From Chloroflexota bacterium (GTDB lineage: Bacteria; Chloroflexota; Anaerolineae; Anaerolineales; UBA11579), in assembly GCA_013112575.1 (NCBI GenBank), contig JABFGG010000007.1:184934-248933 (forward strand): a DNA stretch of 64,000 bases. The letters run 5' to 3'. Each line of letters begins with the position of its first letter. The stretch's first letter is position 1. The position numbers and the translations under genes were made by a program. The notes beneath the pieces were generated by a model that searched no databases, was not told the origin of the DNA, and saw only the letters and a program-made list of their open reading frames with translations. Of the stretch, positions 8,022 through 17,114 are shown in pieces.

Positions 8022-10487
8022 ATGGCAGCAGAGTACAACCCAAACGATATCGAACCCAAATGGCAAAAGCAATGGGAAGACGAGGGCCTGTATCACGCCG
8101 ATATTGACCCCGCCAAACCCAAGCACTACGCCCTCACCATGCTGCCCTACCCCTCCGGCGACCTGCACATCGGTCACTGGTATGCCATGACGCCCTCCGA
8201 TGCCCGCGCCCGCTACATGCGTATGCAAGGCTACAATGTCATGTTCCCCATGGGCTTCGACTCCTTTGGACTGCCTGCCGAGAACGCCGCCATCAAACGC
8301 AACATCCACCCCAAAGAGTGGACCTACGGCAATATCGAGCGCATGCGCGGCCAGTTGCGCAGCATGGGTGCCATGTACGATTGGCGTCGCGAAGCGGTTT
8401 CTTCTGATCCCAAATACTATCACTGGACCCAGTGGTTCTTCTTGAAGCTGCATGAAAAGGGGCTGGCCTATCGCAAACTGGCTGCCGTCGATTGGTGCCC
8501 TACCGACAACACCACCCTGGCCCGCGAGCAGGTCATCGGCGATGAGCGTGTCTGCGAACGCTGTGGCACTCCCGTCATCAAAAAAGAACTAGAGCAATGG
8601 TTCTTCCGCACCACAGACTACACTGAGGAGTTATTGAATTTCGACGCCATCGATTGGCCGGAGCGCGTCAAGACCCTGCAAACCAATTGGATCGGTCGCT
8701 CTGAGGGTGCCAACGTCACCTTTAAAACCGAAGCTGGCGACCCCATGGAGATCTTCACCACACGCCCCGACACTCTGTGGGGTGCCACCTTCATGGTGCT
8801 GGCTCCCGAACATCCCCTGGTGGAAAAACTCACCACGGACGAACAACGCCAGGCCGTCGAAGCCTATATCCAGACAGCCACTCGCCAGACAGATATTGAA
8901 CGCGAGTCTGCCGACAAAGAGAAGACCGGCGTGTTCACCGGCGGCTATGCCATCAATCCGGTCAACGACGCCAAGATCCCCATCTGGATCGCCGACTATG
9001 TGCTAATGACCTATGGCACGGGTGCTATCATGGCCGTCCCGGCCCACGACCAGCGCGACTTTGAGTTCGCCCGCCAGTACGGCCTGGAGATCATCCCCGT
9101 TATCCAGCCCGAAGGGGAGAACCTGGATGGCAAGACCATGGAAGAAGCCTGGTCGCACGAAGGTGTGATGGTCAACAGCGCCCAATTTGACGGCACACCT
9201 GCTACGGACGATAAGGGCATGGCTAATCCGGCCATCAAGGCCGTTACCGAATGGCTGGATGGCAAAGGAGTAGGCGAAGCTGCTGTCACCTATCGTCTGC
9301 ACGACTGGCTGATCTCCCGCCAGCGTTACTGGGGCTCTCCCATCCCCATGATCCACTGTGAACGCTGCGGTGTCGTGCCCGTTCCAGAAGACCAGTTACC
9401 GGTCGAACTGCCGGAGGACATCGAGTGGAAGCCCACCGGCGAAAGCCCCCTGACCTTCCACCCCACCTGGAAGCACACCACCTGCCCCAGCTGTGACGAG
9501 CCTGCCGTACGTGATACGGATACCATGGACACCTTCATGTGCTCCTCCTGGTATCACCTGCGTTACTTAAGCCCAGACTACGACAAAGGGCCTTTTGACG
9601 AGGACGAATACAACTACTGGATGCCCGTGGACGTGTACACCGGCGGCATCGAACATGCCACCATGCACCTGCTGTACACGCGTTTCTTCCACAAAGCCCT
9701 GCGCGACATGGGTGTGGCGGAAGGCCCCGAACCCATGACCAAGCTGCGCAACCAGGGCATCGTACTGGGTGAAGACTCGGAGAAGATGTCCAAGAGCCGA
9801 GGCAACGTCGTCGCTCCCGATGAGCTGGTCTCCAAATACGGTGCGGATACGGTGCGCGCCTACCTGATGTTCTTCTCCCGCTGGGATCAGGGTGGCCCCT
9901 GGAATAGCCAGGGCATCGGCGGTTCCTCCCGCTGGCTGCGCCGCGCCTGGACGCTGTTCAGTGAAAAAGCGGACGGGGATGGTTCTGCTGATGAGGAAAC
10001 CATCAAATCCCTGCGCCGCAAGGTCCACCAGACCGTGGAGAGCATCACCACCGACTTTGAGAAATTTGAGTTCAACACCATCATCTCCAGCCTGATGGAA
10101 TTGCTGAATGAGATGTACACTGCCCGTGACAAGGGCGCGGTGGGCACGGAAGCCTGGGACGAAGCCGTTGACATCTACCTGCGTATGATGGCCCCTGTTA
10201 CCCCACATGCCGCGGAGGAGTTGTGGGCCATGAACGGCAAGCCCTACTCTATCCACAACCAGCCCTGGCCGGAAGTGGACGAGGCCGCCGCCGTGGAGGA
10301 AGAGATCACCCTGGTGGTGCAGATCAACGGCAAACTGCGTGACCGCATCACCGTCCCGGTGGGCATCAGCGAAGAAGATGCCAAAGCCAAAGCCCTGGCC
10401 AGCGAGACCATCCAGAAATTCATGGATGGGGTTGAGCCCAAAAAGGTCATCGTGGTTGGCGGCAAGCTGGTCAACATCGTGATCTAA
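8022..10487 (+). CDS. leuS: Leucine--tRNA ligase
   Basis: 821 aa. N-terminus YNPNDIEPKWQKQWEDEGLY, HIGH motif (PYPSGDLHIGH), KMSKS motif (EKMSKSRGN), and CP1 editing region. AGGAG lies 8 nt upstream of the ATG. Confidence 0.97.
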   Translation: MAAEYNPNDIEPKWQKQWEDEGLYHADIDPAKPKHYALTMLPYPSGDLHIGHWYAMTPSDARARYMRMQGYNVMFPMGFDSFGLPAENAAIKRNIHPKEWTYGNIERMRGQLRSMGAMYDWRREAVSSDPKYYHWTQWFFLKLHEKGLAYRKLAAVDWCPTDNTTLAREQVIGDERVCERCGTPVIKKELEQWFFRTTDYTEELLNFDAIDWPERVKTLQTNWIGRSEGANVTFKTEAGDPMEIFTTRPDTLWGATFMVLAPEHPLVEKLTTDEQRQAVEAYIQTATRQTDIERESADKEKTGVFTGGYAINPVNDAKIPIWIADYVLMTYGTGAIMAVPAHDQRDFEFARQYGLEIIPVIQPEGENLDGKTMEEAWSHEGVMVNSAQFDGTPATDDKGMANPAIKAVTEWLDGKGVGEAAVTYRLHDWLISRQRYWGSPIPMIHCERCGVVPVPEDQLPVELPEDIEWKPTGESPLTFHPTWKHTTCPSCDEPAVRDTDTMDTFMCSSWYHLRYLSPDYDKGPFDEDEYNYWMPVDVYTGGIEHATMHLLYTRFFHKALRDMGVAEGPEPMTKLRNQGIVLGEDSEKMSKSRGNVVAPDELVSKYGADTVRAYLMFFSRWDQGGPWNSQGIGGSSRWLRRAWTLFSEKADGDGSADEETIKSLRRKVHQTVESITTDFEKFEFNTIISSLMELLNEMYTARDKGAVGTEAWDEAVDIYLRMMAPVTPHAAEELWAMNGKPYSIHNQPWPEVDEAAAVEEEITLVVQINGKLRDRITVPVGISEEDAKAKALASETIQKFMDGVEPKKVIVVGGKLVNIVI

Positions 10488-10490
10488 AAG

Positions 10491-10906
10491 CCAGGAGGCC
10501 ATAGGGTGCAGTAGAGGAGGCTTGAGCACTAATATCCACCTGCGAGTGGATGGCAGGGGCCAGATCATGCCCTTTGTGCTCAAACCAAGCTAAAGGCATG
10601 AACGAACCATGAGCCAAGAGTTGATGAAAAGCGGGGCGATCCATCCAACAAGCTAATGGACGTTTGCGTCTCCATCCCCGTCGTGTGGTGGCTGACAAAG
10701 GCTATAACTCAAAGAAGTGCAGAAAGTTCTTGCACCGTCGCGGGATACGTTACACCACTCCTTATCTGAGGAACGAAAAACATATCCGTCCAATTAATAA
10801 AACCATCTATAGAGAAAGGAACAAGGGCGAGTGCTTATTCTCCCGCCTGAAGTACCACGTATTGCCACTAGCTATGAGAAACGAGCTATTTTCTTATCGT
10901 CTCTAG
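10491..10906 (+). pseudogene. Decayed IS5-family (DDE) transposase fragment
   Basis: Translation gives IGCSRGGLSTNIHLRVDGRGQIMPFVLKPS*RHERTMSQELM...*... followed, after a frame change, by RRVVADKGYNSKKCRKFLHRRGIRYTTPYLRNEK..IYRERNKGECLFSRLK. These are the conserved GRSRGG-TKIH and ADKGYDS / YKxRNxVE blocks of IS5-type transposases. They are interrupted by at least two in-frame stops and a frameshift, and the N-terminal HTH part is absent. Confidence 0.7.
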
Positions 10907-11002
10907 GGTTTGCATACACACCCTAGTCCCCCCCCGCGATTGACCACCCACCTAGTCATCCAAAATTGATAATCCCCCTAATTCGGATATAATTGCCCGT
11001 CT

Positions 11003-12367
11003 ATGAAATATCACATTTGGACCGCCGGCTGCCAGATGAATGTGGCTGATTCGCAACGTGTGGCCTCTGCCTTGGAGCGCATGGGCTATGCTGCCACCGC
11101 GCAAGCCGAGCAGGCCGATGTGATCGTGATGAACACCTGTGTGGTGCGCCAGAGCGCCGAAGATAAAGCTACCGGCCGCCTCAATTCCTTCAAACCCTTG
11201 AAGACAAAGAACCCCAACCTGACCATCAACCTGATGGGCTGCATGGTGGGTGTGAAGGGGCAAGAGCATCTACAAAAACAATTCCCCTGGGTGGACGTAT
11301 TCTCGCCCCCCTCTGACCCCGGCCCGCTGGTTTCTTACCTCAGCCAGGACGATAGCCGCTTCATCGAGCTGCAAGATGTGCAGCAGCGCTTTGACTTGCA
11401 GGATGAAGAACTGATCCTGCCGGAGCACGAACAGGGCCAACTGGTGTCGGCACACATCCCAGTAGTGTACGGCTGCTCCCACGCCTGCACCTTCTGCATC
11501 ATCCCCTACCGCCGCGGCGTTGAACGCAGCCGCCCGGTGGGCGAAATCGTTGCCGAGGCGCGTTCGCTGGTCAAGCAAGGCGTCAAAGAACTCACTTTGC
11601 TGGGCCAGATCGTGGACCGCTACGGCAAAGATATTGAAGATGGACCTAACCTGGCCGACCTGCTGCGCGTGATGCATGATATCGACGGCCTGGAACGTAT
11701 CCGTTTCCTGACCTCACACCCCAACTGGATGACCGACGAGTTACTGGAAACCGTCGCAGAACTGCCCAAAGTGATGCCGCACATCGAAGTGCCGGTGCAG
11801 GCCGGGGATGATGAAGTATTGGAAAACATGCGCCGTGGCTATACGAACGAGGATTACCGCAAGCTGGTTGCCCGCATTCGCGAAATCATCCCCGGCGTGT
11901 CCATTGCCACGGACATCATCGTGGGTTTCCCCGGTGAGACTGACGAGCAGTTCCAGCAGACTTATGATTTGCTAGGTGAACTCAAATTGGACGTAGCCCA
12001 CCTGGCGCGCTACTCCACCCGCCCCGGCACCGTGGCAGACCGTCGCATGGCCGATAACGTACCGGACGAAGAAAAACGCCGCCGCTTCCACCTGCTGGAA
12101 GCCCAGCAAGAAGAGATCGTTGGTGAAATCAACAGCCGCTATCTGGGGGAGACTACGGAAGTGCTGTTCGAGGAAAAAGTCAAAGGCCGCTGGAAAGGCC
12201 GCACCGACACCAATAAACTCGTCTTCGCGGAAAGCGAAAAAGACCTGCGCGGCCAATTGCTGCCTGTACAGATCACCTGGACTGGGCCGTGGTCGATGCA
12301 AGGTCGCCTGTTCCCTGACCCTGACGAATTGAACATCCCCCTGGAAATGATCCAGATCAAGAATTGA
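11003..12367 (+). CDS. miaB: tRNA-2-methylthio-N6-dimethylallyladenosine synthase (radical SAM methylthiotransferase, MiaB-like)
   Basis: 454 aa. N-terminal UPF0004 domain (TAGCQMNVADSQ, NTCVVR), radical SAM cluster CSHACTFCIIPYRRG, and a C-terminal TRAM region. Discriminating MiaB from other MTTases is by overall resemblance only. Confidence 0.8.
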   Translation: MKYHIWTAGCQMNVADSQRVASALERMGYAATAQAEQADVIVMNTCVVRQSAEDKATGRLNSFKPLKTKNPNLTINLMGCMVGVKGQEHLQKQFPWVDVFSPPSDPGPLVSYLSQDDSRFIELQDVQQRFDLQDEELILPEHEQGQLVSAHIPVVYGCSHACTFCIIPYRRGVERSRPVGEIVAEARSLVKQGVKELTLLGQIVDRYGKDIEDGPNLADLLRVMHDIDGLERIRFLTSHPNWMTDELLETVAELPKVMPHIEVPVQAGDDEVLENMRRGYTNEDYRKLVARIREIIPGVSIATDIIVGFPGETDEQFQQTYDLLGELKLDVAHLARYSTRPGTVADRRMADNVPDEEKRRRFHLLEAQQEEIVGEINSRYLGETTEVLFEEKVKGRWKGRTDTNKLVFAESEKDLRGQLLPVQITWTGPWSMQGRLFPDPDELNIPLEMIQIKN

Positions 12368-12476
12368 CGCTACTTTTGAAGTAGCTTAGTTGATAACAAA
12401 GCCCCACTCTGCTCCGTTATTCAGATAGAATGTGCCATAAGGCACATGTGTTCTGTAGTTCAATAAGGAGCATGTT

Positions 12477-14501
12477 ATGTTCGCCAAGAAGAGAACAGTT
12501 ATCATTTTAATGTTGCTGCCACTGTTGGTTTTGGCAGCCTGTGACGGGGGTTTTGGGGGAGGTGGAGAATGCAATCTCGCAGATTTTGTAGCCCCTTCTA
12601 ATACAAGTCCTGCAGCCGGAGACATTATCCTCGAATACGAGCCCATGTTCGTGTGGGCCTATTCCGGTGATTGTGAACCACCCGGTGGCTGGCAGGCCGA
12701 AGTGACCACTTATGGGGGCTACGATTTCGGTGTGACCCAGACCAATACTTCCTCCCCGGCCGTGGTATTCACCGTGTTCGACATGCCGCTGGAACCTGCC
12801 ACGCAATACGAGTGGCGCGCCGCGGCACGCACAGAAGCCGGAGAATTGGGGCCTTACTCCATGTCGACCTCTTTCTGGACAGGGCCGATCTGCGAAACGG
12901 CGGCCTTGAATGCTCCCATGCAGTTCACCCCAGACGATGGAGGCATTGTCGACAACGAATTTCCACCCATGGGCTGGAATTACCCGGATGGCTGTATCCC
13001 GGAATTGACCCTACTACAACTGGATACCGACCCGGCCTTTCCTGGTCCCAACCTGGTAGGTGGTTTGGGTGGACCGCGTATCGGTCAGATCCCGCTGGCG
13101 GCCCTAGACGACTGCACTCAGTATCACTGGCGTGTACGTTCCGAAAACCCGGACGGAGTAGGCCCCTGGTCGCCGGTGCGAAGCTTCTATACTGATTTCC
13201 TGGGCGGTTGTCCTACACCCGTGTTGGCAACTTGTGACACCGCCGATCTGATCGCGCCGGCAAATGATTTCCCTACTGCCGGCGATGTTGGGGTGGAGCT
13301 GGAACCATTATTTGACTGGCATTACCCGGACGATTGCACCCCCGAAGGCTACCGCATTGACGTGACCACTTTCGGCGGCTACGATTTCGGCGAAACCTAC
13401 TCAGGCGGGACAGGGAATCCCAGTACAGAATGGTTTGTGGGCGAGCCCTTAGAACCGGCCACGCAGTATGAGTGGCGCGCCGCAGGCATCAATGGCACCA
13501 CGCTGGGTCCATACTCCACATCGACATCCTTCTGGACCGGGCCGATCTGCGAAACCGCCAGCCTGATGGCACCTGTACAAAACGGGCCTGCCAACGGCAG
13601 CCGGGTCGATAATCCTTTCCCGCCATTGAGCTGGAGTTACCCGGGAGAATGTATCCCCGAACTAACCCTGCTGGAACTGGACGTGGATCCTGCCTTCCCC
13701 GGACCCAACCTGATCGCCGCGGGCGGCCTGGGTGCCCCCCGTATTGGGCAGATCCCAGCCGATGCTCTACTCGACTGCACAGAATACCACTGGCGTGTAC
13801 GCTCCGAGAACCCGGATGGCGCTGGGCCTTACTCGCCCACCTGGAGCTTCATCACAGACTTCACCGGAGCGTGTAGCGTCGGACCAGCACCCTCAAGTGC
13901 ACCGATGGCCTCTGCACCACAAAACCTCAATTGCCGGGAGGGTGACAGCACAGCCTATGAAGTGACTGGTTTCTTCTTGCAAGGCGAAAGCGCCGAGATC
14001 GTGGGCCGCAACCAACAAGGCGATTGGATCGTGATACCGAAGAAGACCAATGGGGGCAATTGCTGGGTGTCCACCGGGCTGGTCAACCTTGACCCGCTGG
14101 TAAATCTCAACGAGTTGAGCGTGATCATCCCCCCGCCGTTGCCCGAACCCACGCCAACGCCCACGCAACTACCGGTAGCCAACCCATTTGCAGTAACCAG
14201 TGTCAGTGTATCTGTGGATGATGATAATTTCGCCGGAAGTTGTCCTCACCGCTTCACTTTTGCAGCGACCATTGAAGTCAATGGGCCAGGCACAGTGGAA
14301 TACAAGTGGCTGCGCAATGATGGCGCTACAGCACCACCTCAAACCCTGGTCTTCACAAGTGCCGGTTCACAGCAAGTTACCAGCACCTGGGATCTGGGGG
14401 CATCCGGGCAGAGGTATGATGACTTCTGGAAGCAGATCGAGATAATCGCACCCAATAGTGTGCTATCAAACCAGGCCTACTTCAGCCTGGCCTGCAAATA
14501 A
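12477..14501 (+). CDS. Lipoprotein with duplicated FN3-like modules, an SH3b-like domain, a Pro/Thr linker and a C-terminal beta domain
   Basis: 674 aa. Signal peptide plus lipobox LVLAAC. Two 215-aa repeats. SH3b-like segment NCREGDSTAYEVTGFFLQGESAEIVGRNQQGDWIVIPK..CWVSTGLV. Linker PPPLPEPTPTPTQLP. Confidence 0.6.
   Translation: MFAKKRTVIILMLLPLLVLAACDGGFGGGGECNLADFVAPSNTSPAAGDIILEYEPMFVWAYSGDCEPPGGWQAEVTTYGGYDFGVTQTNTSSPAVVFTVFDMPLEPATQYEWRAAARTEAGELGPYSMSTSFWTGPICETAALNAPMQFTPDDGGIVDNEFPPMGWNYPDGCIPELTLLQLDTDPAFPGPNLVGGLGGPRIGQIPLAALDDCTQYHWRVRSENPDGVGPWSPVRSFYTDFLGGCPTPVLATCDTADLIAPANDFPTAGDVGVELEPLFDWHYPDDCTPEGYRIDVTTFGGYDFGETYSGGTGNPSTEWFVGEPLEPATQYEWRAAGINGTTLGPYSTSTSFWTGPICETASLMAPVQNGPANGSRVDNPFPPLSWSYPGECIPELTLLELDVDPAFPGPNLIAAGGLGAPRIGQIPADALLDCTEYHWRVRSENPDGAGPYSPTWSFITDFTGACSVGPAPSSAPMASAPQNLNCREGDSTAYEVTGFFLQGESAEIVGRNQQGDWIVIPKKTNGGNCWVSTGLVNLDPLVNLNELSVIIPPPLPEPTPTPTQLPVANPFAVTSVSVSVDDDNFAGSCPHRFTFAATIEVNGPGTVEYKWLRNDGATAPPQTLVFTSAGSQQVTSTWDLGASGQRYDDFWKQIEIIAPNSVLSNQAYFSLACK
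12567..13874 (+). repeat. Intragenic tandem duplication (2 x 645 nt coding units: 12567-13211 and 13230-13874)
   Basis: The two 215-aa units align colinearly, for example LEPATQYEWRAAARTEAGELGPYSMSTSFWTGPICETAALNAP vs LEPATQYEWRAAGINGTTLGPYSTSTSFWTGPICETASLMAP, and DCTQYHWRVRSENPDGVGPWSP vs DCTEYHWRVRSENPDGAGPYSP. Confidence 0.85.
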
Positions 14502-14646
14502 GATACGGTTTCCATAGGGGTGCAGCATAATGCTGCGCCCCTACTCATAGAATGTGTAAAGATATTCATGTTCCTTAGATTTTTGGGAACAATACAAGAA
14601 GAGCCAGCGTCTTATTCTCGATCAAATGAATAGGAAACCACGCCCA

Positions 14647-14676
14647 TTGCAAAAAAGGCCTCGCCTGGCGTACAAT
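14647..14676 (+). promoter_or_regulatory. Candidate sigma70-type promoter of the 14708 lipoprotein gene
   Basis: -35 TTGCAA (14647-14652), an 18-nt spacer, then -10 TACAAT (14671-14676). Confidence 0.4.
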
Positions 14677-14707
14677 TTGAAGCGGTTCACCAATGGAGGA
14701 GGACCTC

Positions 14708-15682
14708 ATGAAAACAAATCGAAAACACATAAGCAAATTATTCATCTTCCTGCTGTTGGCAGTCTTGTTAGCAGCATGCAATCTACCTGGAGGGAATGGC
14801 AATAACGGTGGAGATGGAGGAGACGGGGGCGATGGTGGCAACGGAGATAATGGAGATATTTTCACACAAGCCGCCCAAACCCTGGCGGCTCAAGCTCAAT
14901 TAAGCTTACAGCAGACGCAAACCGCCGAGGCCGGTGGCGGGGGTGCACCTGTGCCAAGCGACACACCCGCCGGGACTGCGACGGATACACCTATCGTAGC
15001 CACCAATACGCCGACACTCACGAACACGCCTTCGTCGCCGACGGTCTCAGTAAGTACCAACACTAACTGTCGCACGGGGCCAAGCACAGCCTATCCTATA
15101 GTAGGAGCGGCTGATGCTGGTCAGTCCTATCCGGTTGTAGCCTACAACCAGGCTACATCGCACCCCATCATCAAACTTCCAAATGGTGTAGAGTGCTGGA
15201 TGTTCCCCGGCTTTGCTACCTATACCAACCAGGCGGCGCTGACCAGCCTGCCCAACCCGGCAGTACCGCCGACGCCCACACCAGCGGCAACCAGCACACC
15301 GACCATCACGCCAACACTGGCAGGCCCTGACTTCAATCTAAGTGTAGACAGTTTCCACGATTGTGCTGGTGACCCATTTGTGGTCGTCAAGATCCGCAAT
15401 CTGTACAATGTCCCCTACCAGTCGGCTACTTTGAAAACAGAAGACGTTGATGCCGCACTGGTAATCGTGGCGGGCACTACCTACGATGCACCCTTCTTGC
15501 CTAACCCCGGAGATTGTCCTCCAAGCGGATCTTCCGTAAATGCCAATAACTCTGCTTACCTGGCGGAAAAGATCCTGGGTGGCACCAGCGGTAACACTGG
15601 TCGTATCACAGTGACCCTGTGTACGGAAGATGCTGGTGGTGGTGAGTGTGAAACCAAATTCGTGGATTTCACCATTCCATAA
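14708..15682 (+). CDS. Lipoprotein with a Gly/Asp/Asn low-complexity linker, an SH3b-like domain and a C-terminal domain
   Basis: The start was moved to ATG 14708, which is preceded by GGAGGAGG. Signal plus lipobox LLAAC. GGDGGDGGDGGNGDNGD stretch. SH3b-like segment NCRTGPSTAYPIVGAADAGQSYPVVAYNQ..VECWMF. Thr/Pro linkers. Confidence 0.6.
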   Translation: MKTNRKHISKLFIFLLLAVLLAACNLPGGNGNNGGDGGDGGDGGNGDNGDIFTQAAQTLAAQAQLSLQQTQTAEAGGGGAPVPSDTPAGTATDTPIVATNTPTLTNTPSSPTVSVSTNTNCRTGPSTAYPIVGAADAGQSYPVVAYNQATSHPIIKLPNGVECWMFPGFATYTNQAALTSLPNPAVPPTPTPAATSTPTITPTLAGPDFNLSVDSFHDCAGDPFVVVKIRNLYNVPYQSATLKTEDVDAALVIVAGTTYDAPFLPNPGDCPPSGSSVNANNSAYLAEKILGGTSGNTGRITVTLCTEDAGGGECETKFVDFTIP

Positions 15683-15696
15683 TAAGTACGATCAGA

Positions 15697-15728
15697 CAAA
15701 AAAAGCCCCGGCAATGCCGGGGTTTTTT
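15697..15728. terminator. Bidirectional intrinsic terminator between convergent genes
   Basis: AAAAAAAAG-CCCCGGC-AAT-GCCGGGG-TTTTTT: a perfect 7-bp GC stem flanked by an A-tract and a T-tract. Confidence 0.8.
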
Positions 15729-15734
15729 CATGGG

Positions 15735-17099
15735 TCAGGTTGGGGAAACCAGATGCTCCTGAACTACTGCATCTATGCCATCCTCACTCTCTACAACAGC
15801 ATCAGGCAGTTCATCCTCCACCAGGCGCAGGCGGGGATATGAATAGGCCAAGACGGATACAATCACAATTAATGCGCCCATGAACATAAATAACAGGCCG
15901 GTACCCCGGCCAGGCCCTACCCCTACTAGTCGGCCCACACTATTCGCTAAAGCCCCGCCTTCAAGCAGAAGTGGGCCAAAGACGCGATCCGCTAAAGGGC
16001 CTGCCAGGATGATGGCGATGGGTTGGGCAATCTGCGCCAACATGCGACGCACGGAAAATACGCGGCCCTGTACATCTGCAGCAACCTTGGATTGCCATAA
16101 AGCCTGACTGGAGCCGTCCATGACAGGCATGATAAGCAAGATGCAAAAACCACTGATTGCAATAAGAGTAAGCGACGGGCGTAGACCCAGCAGCATATAG
16201 AAAAAGCCCCCAAAAAATCCGGTTCCCAAGATACCGATAATACGCCGTCTGGGGCCACCCCAGGCGCTCATAATCAGGGTGCCGAAGAGCATGCCCAGAC
16301 CCACAATCGAGAAGACATAACCCATCTTGTCTGGCTCGGTGATGCTCAACATCATGGGTACCAGAAGGGGTGCGATCATGCCGCCGAAGGCGAAATTCAG
16401 GAAAGCGAAATAGATCAGCAAGCTCAATAAGCCTTTACGGGCCACAATGTAGCGCCAACCGTAAGCAGCCTCTTGCCAGATAGAACCGCTACCTTCCTTG
16501 CCTTCCTCTGATTTGCGGGGCTGAGGAATGCGCACGAACAATAAGGTAACGATGGCAAATGCAAAAGTGGCAAAATCCAGAAAAATGATACCCTGCAGCC
16601 CGGTGGTAACGAACAAAGCACCCGCGACGGCCGGGGCGATCAATTGGGATACTGCCTCACCGATCTGTACCATACCTCCTGCCCGCCCCAAATTCTCTTT
16701 ATCCACCAACATGGTTGTCGCGGCTGAGTAGGCGGGCCATTGGAAAGTTGTGAAAATGGCATTAAAAACAGTGGCAGCATAAATGTGCCACACTTCCAGA
16801 TTGCCACTGGCCAGCAGCAGCCAGATCACGAGCGTGCTTAAACCTGCCCCTGAATCGCTGAACACCATTACCCAGCGACGGTTCCAGCGATCGACCAGTG
16901 CGCCAGCAATCGGTGAGGTAAGCACGGTTGGCAAGGTGAAAGAAAGGATAGAAAGCGCAAACAAGGTTGTCGAACCGGTGCGTTCAAAGATCCACACACC
17001 CAGAGCGAAGCTCGTGAGGCCCGAACCGATTGTGGAAACCAGTTGTCCCGCCCAGATGGTGTAAAAAGTACGCATGCCTTTGGCTTTATTTTCAGCCAT
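15735..17099 (-). CDS. MFS transporter (DHA3/EntS-like), paralog 3 of 3
   Basis: 454 aa, polytopic. N-terminal FYTIWAGQLVSTIGSG and loop motif VDRWNRR. Confidence 0.8.
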   Translation of the reverse strand: MAENKAKGMRTFYTIWAGQLVSTIGSGLTSFALGVWIFERTGSTTLFALSILSFTLPTVLTSPIAGALVDRWNRRWVMVFSDSGAGLSTLVIWLLLASGNLEVWHIYAATVFNAIFTTFQWPAYSAATTMLVDKENLGRAGGMVQIGEAVSQLIAPAVAGALFVTTGLQGIIFLDFATFAFAIVTLLFVRIPQPRKSEEGKEGSGSIWQEAAYGWRYIVARKGLLSLLIYFAFLNFAFGGMIAPLLVPMMLSITEPDKMGYVFSIVGLGMLFGTLIMSAWGGPRRRIIGILGTGFFGGFFYMLLGLRPSLTLIAISGFCILLIMPVMDGSSQALWQSKVAADVQGRVFSVRRMLAQIAQPIAIILAGPLADRVFGPLLLEGGALANSVGRLVGVGPGRGTGLLFMFMGALIVIVSVLAYSYPRLRLVEDELPDAVVESEDGIDAVVQEHLVSPT

Positions 17100-17114
17100 T
17101 AAAACTCCTCATCG

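Noticed and set aside
9567-10583. 338-aa ORF antisense to leuS, along with many other 60-200-aa antisense or out-of-frame ORFs in the track (for example 248-889, 7971-8453, 43781-44629, 45937-46476, 53294-54001, 60006-60563)
   Set aside because: They lie fully inside strongly supported genes on the other strand or frame. Their translations are low-complexity and Arg/Gly/His-rich with no motifs. Such ORFs are the expected by-product of GC-rich coding sequence.
12567-13874. Possible diversity-generating retroelement (template/variable repeat pair)
   Set aside because: The two copies are both coding and adjacent within one gene. They differ at all base types rather than at adenines only. No reverse transcriptase gene is present in the window.
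14795-14860. Short GGNGAY-type tandem nucleotide repeats, considered as a possible repeat array
   Set aside because: They are in frame inside the lipoprotein gene and encode a GGDGGDGGDGGNGDNGD linker. There is no spacer/repeat structure, so this is not a CRISPR or a regulatory repeat.
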